Of a stretch of DNA of 32,000 nucleotides, positions 10,259 to 17,875 are shown in pieces (position 1 is the first letter of the stretch; each line of letters begins with the position of its first letter). The stretch is from contig JAIRQE010000008.1 of the NCBI GenBank assembly GCA_031256725.1, positions 1 through 32,000 of the forward strand, read 5' to 3'. A program made the position numbers and the translations under genes. The notes beneath the pieces were generated by a model, which worked only from the letters and a program-made list of their open reading frames with translations, did no database searches and was not told where the DNA came from. This DNA is from Propionibacteriaceae bacterium. GTDB lineage: Bacteria; Actinomycetota; Actinomycetes; Propionibacteriales; Propionibacteriaceae.

Positions 10259-12012
10259 CTCCGCAAGGCGACCCCCATCAGGATGAATCCTAGGGCTGTC
10301 ACAATGCCTGGATTACCCATGGAAAGGGAACCACCTGTTGAAGCACTAGGTTTCGACACCTCCGGTTTTGAGGAATTGGCACCAGACTGCGGTTTTGAGG
10401 AATCGGCACCAGACTGGTTCCCGGTCGGTGGGTCCAGGGTGGATGAAGGATCAGCCGGAGGATCAGACTCGCAGGATTCCCTCACAGGGAGATCTGTTTC
10501 AATCCCCTCAGCAGTCAGATTTTCAAAGCCAGGCCCGCCCAATCCAAGAACTGCTTGAACAGTGGCACGTACGAATTGGGATGTACTCGATTCGATGCCC
10601 TCATCCACACCTTGAGAAAAGGTTTCTGGATTATACGCAATAGCGCCGAGGTCTGCTTCGGTGAGTTTTCCTGTACTTGCTTCGATTGATGTACAACTCA
10701 CCTGAAGGGTCCCAATGAAGCGGACAGCCCCCTCAAGGACAGCAGTATTTCCATGGAGTGCTTGGGATCCAAGACCCGTACTATTCGCATTGGGCGCACC
10801 AAAGGCTGAGAATCCACCCGAGGATTCCTGCTTGGAGATGAGCCATTGTTCAGCCATAGCATATTCGGGAGAACCCGAGGCACCCGAGGCTTGTAGCGCC
10901 TGAAGTACCATAGCTGTCATATCAATATCGGCTCCGCCGCAGCCTGAAGACCAGCCAAAGGAACCGTCGGTGGAGCACTGTCGACCAAGGATCCACTGAG
11001 TTGCCTGAACGGGTACACCACCATCAGTTCTCGCCAAGGCCAACATGGCCAAAGAATGATTGAACGAGGAATCCGATCCAGGATTACCGAAAGACCCGTC
11101 AGCATTCATAACTGAGCGAATCTCGAAGAGCAGGTTGCGACCATCGAAAGATGTGGGGTCCTCACCAGCCACCATCAAGGCCAAGGCCACTTTGGCGGCC
11201 CGCGCCCAGCGTGTACCAATCTCGGAACTGCTTCCAATGTAGGCCGAGCCTGAAGCCTTGAGCTTGGCGGCAGTCTTCGAAAGTTGGGTACCACCCACCC
11301 CAGCTGAGGCTAGAGCGAAGATAGAATCGGTGGTCAACTCCCAGTCAACCCCTGAAAATCCTGGAATGACATCGTCGTTGTCTGCGAGTATCTGTCCCAA
11401 CCATGCTACTGCTGTTACAGCGTCGGCTGATCCTTTCGCTGTGGCTGGTGCGACCGACTTCACAGTCACACCACGATTCAGCTCGTTAAGCTTCGGGGTT
11501 GGTTCACATCGTGACGGATCATCAAGCTCCCAGGTTGGATCATAATCGAGCATCATACAATCCCAGGAATCGGCAGCTCTTAGCAGATAGGCTTGATCGA
11601 CTTTCAGTGGACCATCGCCGCCACCAATCTGGGCAAAGGTCCACGATGTGTCTGCGGGACCCGCAGCGGTACCTGTTGTTGTTGATGTGAACATCTCCCA
11701 GTAGCCATCCCAGCTACCGTAGATCTTAGATGGGTTCACACCATCAATCTCGGTAACGAATCCGCTTGCATGGGTGACAGTGAACCCTGCTCCAGTTACG
11801 GCATCAACGATACTTGGCCATGTACCAGGGGCACATCGTACCTCTACGTCAGAGCCATTCGGCGAATAATCAACAATGACAGTCACACCCTGACCGGGCT
11901 GACATGCTGCTCCACGAACAGCATCAGCGTGGGCGATACCTGGTATAGTGAAACAGAAGAGGGAAAAGAAAAGGGCGGTCGTAATGCCGACGGCCCCCAA
12001 ACGAGTTTTCAT
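10240..12012 (-). CDS. Secreted, anchored protein: DUF4430-like N-domain plus prenyltransferase/terpene-cyclase-like alpha/alpha-toroid repeats
   Basis: From MKTRLGAVG.. (12012) the N-terminus is a clean signal peptide ending AHADA. The N-domain reads VTVIVDYSPNG..GYWEMF..WTFAQIG. Repeats of the type WILGRQCSTDGSFGW and WLISKQESSGGFSAF follow. The C-terminal TM helix ends in RR. The track start at 12072 would run into the riboswitch. Confidence 0.65.
   Translation of the reverse strand: MKTRLGAVGITTALFFSLFCFTIPGIAHADAVRGAACQPGQGVTVIVDYSPNGSDVEVRCAPGTWPSIVDAVTGAGFTVTHASGFVTEIDGVNPSKIYGSWDGYWEMFTSTTTGTAAGPADTSWTFAQIGGGDGPLKVDQAYLLRAADSWDCMMLDYDPTWELDDPSRCEPTPKLNELNRGVTVKSVAPATAKGSADAVTAVAWLGQILADNDDVIPGFSGVDWELTTDSIFALASAGVGGTQLSKTAAKLKASGSAYIGSSSEIGTRWARAAKVALALMVAGEDPTSFDGRNLLFEIRSVMNADGSFGNPGSDSSFNHSLAMLALARTDGGVPVQATQWILGRQCSTDGSFGWSSGCGGADIDMTAMVLQALQASGASGSPEYAMAEQWLISKQESSGGFSAFGAPNANSTGLGSQALHGNTAVLEGAVRFIGTLQVSCTSIEASTGKLTEADLGAIAYNPETFSQGVDEGIESSTSQFVRATVQAVLGLGGPGFENLTAEGIETDLPVRESCESDPPADPSSTLDPPTGNQSGADSSKPQSGANSSKPEVSKPSASTGGSLSMGNPGIVTALGFILMGVALRRWVVLP
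10364..10417. repeat. 27-bp tandem duplication inside the CDS (2 copies, 2 mismatches)
   Basis: GGTTTTGAGGAATTGGCACCAGACTGC followed by GGTTTTGAGGAATCGGCACCAGACTGG. These encode the QSGADSSKP/QSGANSSKP stalk repeats. Confidence 0.9.
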
Positions 12013-12084
12013 GAAGAATCTCTCTATGAGCGATCCGAAAGGAACGCCAAGAAAACTCAGACGCCCCTCCACAGACCTCGATGG

Positions 12085-12235
12085 ATGGAAACGCTCCTCA
12101 CCACACAGGCATCGGACTCATCAACAATCGTTGATCTACCGTTGCGGGTCAGTGTCGGGCTTTGACCGACTTCCCCTGAATGGTTCGGTATTCAATTGTG
12201 CCGCTCACTCTAGCACAGTACAATCCCACGCAAAA
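12085..12235 (-). promoter_or_regulatory. Cobalamin (B12) riboswitch
   Basis: The minus strand reads CAGGGGAAGTCGGTCAAAGCCCGACACTGACCCGCAACGGTA (12139-12180). This matches the conserved GGGAA..GGT..AA..CC..CTG.CCCGC core. A variable hairpin ATCAAC/GTTGAT follows. A B12-box-like GAGTCCGATGCCTGTG (12103-12119) sits directly upstream of the operon start. The outer boundaries are approximate. Confidence 0.72.
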
Positions 12236-12538
12236 CAATCACAGGATGTTGATTCAATTTAAATATCAGTAATAGCAATTGGGGTAGGTCCCGCAAGCTC
12301 CTCACTATGGATCGATTCCCTGTCACACATGGGCATTCGTACCGCAAAGCCAGTTACTACGATACATCGTTTACTCTTTCTATTGCGATGCACCCAATCA
12401 TTAAATATTTATAGCATTATTGGAAATTGCTCCTTTCGGCTTCTAGAAAGCACAAAATTCACTAGCCGAAAGATGCATATTGCGAAGAAAAGTAACTAGG
12501 CTTGTTAACGAACTCTTAGCATGTACATCATCACCATC

Positions 12539-12553
12539 TTCTCACGACAGCAT
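12539..12553. repeat. 15-bp direct repeat flanking the IS (left copy), probable target-site duplication
   Basis: TTCTCACGACAGCAT is identical to 13883-13897 and directly abuts IRL. Confidence 0.7.
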
Positions 12554-12562
12554 TGTCTTGGT

Positions 12563-12631
12563 TCGGGACATAGGAAACCCCTGTCTCGGGACATAGGAAA
12601 CTGATGTGTCGGGACATAGGAAACGCGACGA
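12563..12631 (+). repeat. Three tandem 23-bp units, each carrying the 16-bp IR core TCGGGACATAGGAAAC
   Basis: The core sits at 12563-12578, 12586-12601 and 12609-12624. Only one copy is present at the right end (13858-13873, inverted). Confidence 0.9.
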
Positions 12632-12638
12632 TGGGTGA

Positions 12639-13847
12639 ATGTCTATCGCGAAACTAGTCATCACTGCCGTCATTGTTCAAGGACTCACTCAGTCTGAAGC
12701 CGCCAGCAAGTACGGGGTCTCAAAAGGATGGGTGTCCAAACTGATGGCCCGATACAGAGCGGAAGGCGAGACTGCATTCCAGCCGAAGTCCACGCGTCCT
12801 CACACCTCACCCAACGTTACATCCGACACCACGACCACAACCATCGTCACGATCCGAACCGACCTTGTTAACAGAGGTCTCGACGCTGGACCAGAAACGA
12901 TCCGTTGGCACCTGGAACATCACCACCACATGATCGTGTCCAGAGCGACGATCGCAAGGATCCTCACCCGCGAAGGTCTCGTGGCACCCGAACCCAGGAA
13001 ACGTCCGAAAACCTCGTACACTCGTTTCGAAGCCGCTCAACCCAACGAATGCTGGCAATCCGACTTCACCCACTACAGGCTCACCCACCCAGACGGACAA
13101 CCCGGCCCCGACACCGAAATCCTCACCTGGCTCGACGACCACTCCCGCTACGCCTTATCCGTCACCGGACACATCCGAGTCACCGCACCAATCGTCTTAG
13201 CCACATTCCGTCACACGATCAGCCTCTACGCTCCACCAGCGTCCACCCTGACCGACAACGGCATGGTCTACACCACCCGATTCTCCGGTGGGAAAGGCGG
13301 ACGCACCAGCTTCGAGAAAGAACTCCAGAAACTCCACATCATCCAGAAGAACGGGCACCCCAACCACCCTCAAACCCAGGGCAAAGTCGAACGATTCCAA
13401 CAAACCCTGAAGAAATGGTTACGCGCTCAACCGCACCAGCCCGCCACACTGACCGAACTACAATCTCTTCTTATTGCTTTCACTGATGAATACAACAACC
13501 GGCGCCCGCATAAATCATTGCCCCACCACCAGACTCCCGCGACCCGATACACCACCGGGATGAAAGCCAGTCCAGCCAACAACCCACCACCCGAATCTCA
13601 CAACCGTGTCCGCTACGACAAAGTCGACACATCCGGACGAGTCACCCTCCGCCACGCTGGACAACTCCACCACATCGGCATCGGACGAACCCACACCGGA
13701 ACCCTCGTCACCATGCTCATCCAAGACCTTCAGATCACAATTATCAACACCGCCACTGGAGAAATACTGCGCGACCTCATCCTCGACCCCACCAGGGATT
13801 ACCAACCCCACACCCAAAAACAACAAACCAGCGAACCCGCAATCTGA
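12639..13847 (+). CDS. IS481-family DDE transposase (rve integrase core)
   Basis: N-terminal HTH (GLTQSEAASKYGVSKGWVSKLMARYRAEGE) and rve-type catalytic region (WQSDFT.., LDDHSRY.., LTDNGMVYT.., HPQTQGKVERF). Confidence 0.9.
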   Translation: MSIAKLVITAVIVQGLTQSEAASKYGVSKGWVSKLMARYRAEGETAFQPKSTRPHTSPNVTSDTTTTTIVTIRTDLVNRGLDAGPETIRWHLEHHHHMIVSRATIARILTREGLVAPEPRKRPKTSYTRFEAAQPNECWQSDFTHYRLTHPDGQPGPDTEILTWLDDHSRYALSVTGHIRVTAPIVLATFRHTISLYAPPASTLTDNGMVYTTRFSGGKGGRTSFEKELQKLHIIQKNGHPNHPQTQGKVERFQQTLKKWLRAQPHQPATLTELQSLLIAFTDEYNNRRPHKSLPHHQTPATRYTTGMKASPANNPPPESHNRVRYDKVDTSGRVTLRHAGQLHHIGIGRTHTGTLVTMLIQDLQITIINTATGEILRDLILDPTRDYQPHTQKQQTSEPAI

Positions 13848-13882
13848 GGGTTCACCGGTTTCCTATGTCCCGAGACATCACA

Positions 13883-13897
13883 TTCTCACGACAGCAT
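13883..13897. repeat. 15-bp direct repeat flanking the IS (right copy)
   Basis: TTCTCACGACAGCAT is identical to 12539-12553 and directly abuts IRR. Confidence 0.7.
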
Positions 13898-13993
13898 CAA
13901 TCAGACCCTCAATCCGATCAAGGTACAAAGGGCGAGGAACTAAAACCATGAAGACTCCTCCAATGGTGGCGAGTATAACCGCCAGCCACAAAC

Positions 13994-15079
13994 CTACAAT
14001 CGACCAGCAGCGGTCTCAATCCGCTCATCGGTCGCAGTTAAGGCGATGCGGACGTGATGAGCCCCAGCAGTACCATAGAAGTCGCCAGGGGCTACTATGA
14101 TTCCTCGTTCGGCCAGCCAGTGGGCAGTGGTACGACCGTACTCACCCTTGGTGGCCCATAGGTAGAGTCCTCCTTCGGAGTGGTCGATGATGAAACCGGC
14201 ATCCATTAAAGCCCGCGTGAGGATCTCGCGGCGGGATGAATAGCGTTGCCGTTGCTCATCAACATGGATCTGATCACCCAACAACACTGTCATTGCCGCT
14301 TGTACAGGAGCAGGAACCATCATCCCGAGGTGCTTGCGCAGGCCGACAAGATCCATGACAACCTTCTCGTCACCCACGACGAAACCGGCTCGATACCCAG
14401 CAAGGTTGGATCTTTTCGATAGGGAGTAGGCCCCGATGAGTCCTTGAACAGTACCACCGTTCACACGGGCATCAAGGACGGATACAGGTTCAGTATCCCA
14501 CCCAAATTCTCCGTAACATTCATCAGCAACCAAGAGGGCATCCTTGGCGCGGGCGTACTCAACCCAGGATCGAACTTCCTCAAAACTGTCGATGCGCCCA
14601 CTGGGGTTGGCTGGCGAATTGGTCCAGATGAGAGCAGGGTTTTCACCCTCAATCTCAGCCGGAGTCAATGCAGTGACCACCCGTGCTCCCACCATTGCGG
14701 CCCCCACTGCATAGGTGGGATAGGCGACCTCAGGAATCACGACTGTGTCGTCAGGGCCTAGACCCAGCAGGGTCGGAAGCCAGGCAACAAGCTCTTTCGT
14801 ACCTACCACTGGCAGGACAGATCTCTCAGTCATCGAAGCAGCCAACCAGCGAGTGGTCACGTACTCCAGCATGGATTGGCGTAGGGCAGGTGTACCCCAC
14901 ACCGTAGGATAACCATGGGAATTGGAGGCTTGGATTAATGCCTGTTGGCCAATCTCAGGAGTGGGATCAACAGGGGTACCCACACTCAAATCGCACACAC
15001 CCTCGGGATGGGATTTCGCTAGGGCAACATCATCAGCGATAGTGTCCCATGGAAAATCAGGCAGTATGCGCCCAGCCAT
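13994..15079 (-). CDS. dapC: Class I/II aminotransferase, probable N-succinyldiaminopimelate aminotransferase
   Basis: 361-aa PLP aminotransferase fold (..YSLSKRSNLAGYRAG.. carries the PLP lysine). It sits immediately downstream of fdxA, as in the conserved actinobacterial ferredoxin-aminotransferase pair. Confidence 0.7.
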   Translation of the reverse strand: MAGRILPDFPWDTIADDVALAKSHPEGVCDLSVGTPVDPTPEIGQQALIQASNSHGYPTVWGTPALRQSMLEYVTTRWLAASMTERSVLPVVGTKELVAWLPTLLGLGPDDTVVIPEVAYPTYAVGAAMVGARVVTALTPAEIEGENPALIWTNSPANPSGRIDSFEEVRSWVEYARAKDALLVADECYGEFGWDTEPVSVLDARVNGGTVQGLIGAYSLSKRSNLAGYRAGFVVGDEKVVMDLVGLRKHLGMMVPAPVQAAMTVLLGDQIHVDEQRQRYSSRREILTRALMDAGFIIDHSEGGLYLWATKGEYGRTTAHWLAERGIIVAPGDFYGTAGAHHVRIALTATDERIETAAGRL

Positions 15080-15087
15080 GAAAGAAC

Positions 15088-15405
15088 CTAGTTCTGTGGG
15101 GGCAGCGCAGCAATAGTCGGATGATCCTTGTCGACTGGCCCAAGACGTGAAGCTCCCCCTGGAGTACCCAGATCAGCAAAGAATTCCGCGTTGATTTCTG
15201 CATATTCCGCATACTCTGCGGGAAGATCATCCGCATAGAAGATCGCGTTTGTTGGGCAGACGGGCTCGCAGGCCCCGCAATCGACACACTCATCTGGATT
15301 GATGTACAAGCTACGAACACCCTCATAGATACAGTCGATGGGGCATTCCTCAAGACAGGCTTTGTCTTTCACATCAACGCAGGGTTGGGCGATCACGTAA
15401 ACCAT
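15088..15405 (-). CDS. fdxA: 7Fe-type ferredoxin
   Basis: MVYVIAQPCVDVKDKACLEECPIDCIY...CVDCGACEPVCP, showing the classic [3Fe-4S][4Fe-4S] cysteine pattern. Confidence 0.9.
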   Translation of the reverse strand: MVYVIAQPCVDVKDKACLEECPIDCIYEGVRSLYINPDECVDCGACEPVCPTNAIFYADDLPAEYAEYAEINAEFFADLGTPGGASRLGPVDKDHPTIAALPPQN

Positions 15406-15495
15406 AAGTTTCCTTTCCTGAAACTACGCCAGAATCATACCGGGTACGAGCATCTGGTAGCCACTTGGCCTCACGGGAACCTGTACCCTTAATCT

Positions 15496-16677
15496 ATGCA
15501 GTTAAGTCGCAAGCTAGAGCAGCAGATTGCCGTATTTGGTGAAAGTGGTTCGGGAAAGACCGTTCTGATCTCCTCGTTTTATGGTGCCACTCAAGAACCG
15601 TATTTCCTTCAGAAAAGCTTGTTTGATGTTATCGCTGATGATTTCGGACAGCGTGCTCATCTTCACCAGAATTACCTGGGGATGAAGAACTCAGCAAAGC
15701 TGCCCATGGCTACACGTTTTCGTGGCTCCTCTTATTCCTTCACAGTGAAACTGAAAGAGTTGCCGGGTGGGAAGTCGAGCAAGAAGCCACCGAAACAGTT
15801 ATTTGATGCCCTTCGACTGGTGTGGCATGACTATCCGGGGGAATGGTTCGAACAAAACCTCGTGGATCCCGAAGAAGCCCAGCACAGGGTGAATACTTTC
15901 AGATCTTTGGTGGGATCTGATGTTGCCTTGCTGCTTGTGGACGGACAAAAGTTGCTGGATAACGCCGGCGAGGAGGAAAGGTACCTCAAGTCGCTGTTCA
16001 CCAACTTCCGTAATGGCCTGCTCAGCCTCAAAGATGATCTTCTTGAAGGGGGCAAACCCCTTGTTGACTTCCCGCGTATTTGGGTACTTGCCCTATCCAA
16101 ATCGGATCTACTCCCTGATGTCGATGTGTTTCGTTTCAAGGAGCTTCTCATTGAGAAGGTTGCAGGCGAGATCGTAGAACTGCGCAATGTTCTTGCTGGA
16201 TTTGTTGACTCCAGCGATGCACTCTCAGTGGCTGAAGACTATATCTTGTTGTCATCAGCAAAGTTCAATCCAGACAAGATCGAAGTCAGTGAACGTGTGG
16301 GAGTGGCAGCAATTCTTCCTTTAGCCTCCATCCTTCCTTTTGAACGCCATCTTCGTTGGGTACAAACAAAGAAAGCGGTCGGAAAGGTCGCCGAGAGTCT
16401 TCTGAGCGTGGCTGGTATCTTCGCCACAGCAATGATCGGAGGCAAACTGAAGAGCTCCACAAAGGAGAAGAAAACAGGAAAGCTCTCAGGCCTTGTTAAA
16501 CTGGCTGGAATCGTGGATGTCGCGGTTGAAGCAGTGAAGCTTGCTGGGGAGAAACTTCGTATTCTCAATGAACAGGCCATCAGCCAGGGCGACACTCTTT
16601 CTGCTGTACTCACCCAGTTCCAACTGGATTTGGAAAAGTGTGAAGAGGACCGAGTCCTTCATAGGAGCATAGGGTGA
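15496..16677 (+). CDS. Uncharacterised P-loop GTPase (TRAFAC-like G1/G3/G4) with a C-terminal hydrophobic/amphipathic region
   Basis: G1 GESGSGKT (aa 15-22, nt 15538-15561), G3 DYPGE (aa 112-116) and G4-like SKSD (aa 201-204, nt 16096-16107). The C-terminus has two short hydrophobic segments (VGVAAILPLASILPF, LLSVAGIFATAMIGG) and a Lys-rich stretch. Confidence 0.75.
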   Translation: MQLSRKLEQQIAVFGESGSGKTVLISSFYGATQEPYFLQKSLFDVIADDFGQRAHLHQNYLGMKNSAKLPMATRFRGSSYSFTVKLKELPGGKSSKKPPKQLFDALRLVWHDYPGEWFEQNLVDPEEAQHRVNTFRSLVGSDVALLLVDGQKLLDNAGEEERYLKSLFTNFRNGLLSLKDDLLEGGKPLVDFPRIWVLALSKSDLLPDVDVFRFKELLIEKVAGEIVELRNVLAGFVDSSDALSVAEDYILLSSAKFNPDKIEVSERVGVAAILPLASILPFERHLRWVQTKKAVGKVAESLLSVAGIFATAMIGGKLKSSTKEKKTGKLSGLVKLAGIVDVAVEAVKLAGEKLRILNEQAISQGDTLSAVLTQFQLDLEKCEEDRVLHRSIG

Positions 16678-17024
16678 AACTCATATGGGCCACCCGGGGA
16701 AGAACCTGGGGATTTCGGTTCCTGAAAAAGGCAGGATTCGCTGATCCTCTGCCTGAGTACGAGAAAGCCTTCTGTCACATTGAGGAGGAACCGGAGATCT
16801 GGCGTCGACTCGGCAGGGTTGTCGCTGTTCGTTTTTCTGACCCTGAGGCCCGGCAAGATCAGTCGGGCAGAGTCATCCCCCATGAGTTTGTTCTCTATGG
16901 CGTTCTGGGAACACAAGTGAACTCAGTCAGTGACGCATTAACACTGGTATGGCCCTTGGTAAGCGACGAATTTGATCGGATCTGGGATCAACAAGATCCC
17001 CTCTCAAACCGTGAATCAGACTAG
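16674..17024 (+). CDS. Hypothetical 116-aa protein, translationally coupled to the GTPase
   Basis: The GTG start overlaps the upstream TGA (GTGA), and AGGAG sits 6 nt upstream. I recognise no family for it (MKLIWATRGRTWGFRFL...). Confidence 0.55.
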   Translation: MKLIWATRGRTWGFRFLKKAGFADPLPEYEKAFCHIEEEPEIWRRLGRVVAVRFSDPEARQDQSGRVIPHEFVLYGVLGTQVNSVSDALTLVWPLVSDEFDRIWDQQDPLSNRESD

Positions 17025-17068
17025 ATGACTTCGTCATCTGATGTGAAAATCACGTATCCTTGAATCTA

Positions 17069-17770
17069 ATGGATTCACCGTATTCAAATACCCAAGGTCC
17101 CAGAAGATCTGCTCCAGGCCCGCAAACTCACCATGCGAGCCCTCCTCGTCGTGCCTATACTCCAGACGAAACCGAACCGATCATGGCTGGGTACACCTAC
17201 ACACCAGGTAACACCTCAGTACCCATGGACCCTGCTTCAGCCAGCCCGCTTGTACCCACCCTTGCGCCTGGTGACTCCATCACGAACTACAAACCCCACA
17301 ACAGCACTGGGTGGATCATCACTTTAGTCGTACTCCTGGTTGCTGGCATCGGGGGAATGATTCTTGTGAACAATCTTCCCCAACCCGAGGTCATAGTTAC
17401 TGAGACTCCTCCACCACCTACGAGCTATACCACTGAATCTCGTACCGGTGGGATGGCTTTCGCGGAGAAAGATCTGACCGGATATTGGCGGATCACTGAT
17501 ACCAAATGGGGCACGAGTGGTGTCACCCTCACCGTGGAGGTGATGGTTGACACAGGCATTCTCTTCTATGACTTCTACGCTTACGCTGTTGATGACCTCA
17601 CGCAATTGGAGCAGATCCTGACCTCCCCCACCGACCTTATTCCTGGGTTTGTTGGCCCTGGGGAATCCATCACGGGTACAGTCACCTTTGAAACATCCCG
17701 TCAGTCTCTCCAACTCATCATGGTCAGTCGTGGACAAACACAATTATCAGCTTTACTGGTGGATGAGTGA
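17069..17770 (+). CDS. Pro-rich N-terminus, single TM, DUF4352-like extracytoplasmic domain protein
   Basis: TM helix WIITLVVLLVAGIGGMILV followed by a beta-rich C-domain (..VTLTVEVMVDTG..PGESITGTVTFE..). I prefer the ATG at 17069; the track uses an alternative start at 17060. Confidence 0.65.
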   Translation: MDSPYSNTQGPRRSAPGPQTHHASPPRRAYTPDETEPIMAGYTYTPGNTSVPMDPASASPLVPTLAPGDSITNYKPHNSTGWIITLVVLLVAGIGGMILVNNLPQPEVIVTETPPPPTSYTTESRTGGMAFAEKDLTGYWRITDTKWGTSGVTLTVEVMVDTGILFYDFYAYAVDDLTQLEQILTSPTDLIPGFVGPGESITGTVTFETSRQSLQLIMVSRGQTQLSALLVDE

Positions 17771-17875
17771 CACAAAACTGTCTCATTTCCTTCTCATAAA
17801 CGCGATGCAGTGTGCATGATCCTTCAGCGTAGGGTAGCGTTACCTACGGGACCGTAAGTTAAGGGAGGTACCCAT

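Larger units (their letters stand above)
12554..13882 (+). mobile_element. IS481-family insertion sequence, apparently intact (1329 bp)
   Basis: 25-bp terminal inverted repeats begin with TGT: IRL 12554-12578 TGTCTTGGTTCGGGACATAGGAAAC versus the reverse complement of IRR 13858-13882, TGTGATGTCTCGGGACATAGGAAAC (21/25 match). There is a single DDE transposase ORF and flanking 15-bp direct repeats. Confidence 0.85.

Noticed and set aside
10240-10330. A possible sortase (LPXTG/LAXTG) sorting signal at the C-termini of the two surface proteins.
   Set aside because: Each has a hydrophobic helix followed by basic residues, but no LPXTG- or LAXTG-like motif precedes it (the nearest is ..GGSLSMGNPG..). 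I call them TM-anchored only.
12013-12072. The longer start (MEGRLSFLG..) for the 610-aa surface protein.
   Set aside because: The extension precedes an otherwise perfect signal peptide and extends into the leader just downstream of the cobalamin riboswitch.
12563-12631. Regularly spaced 16-bp repeats that superficially resemble a mini CRISPR array.
   Set aside because: There are only three units with 7-bp spacers, they match the IS terminal inverted repeat, and no cas genes are present. They are subterminal IS repeats.
17828-17848. The imperfect palindrome CGTAGGGTAGCGTTACCTACG upstream of fadD, considered as a possible operator.
   Set aside because: Only about 7 of 10 arm positions are symmetric, and no cognate regulator or second copy is present in the window.
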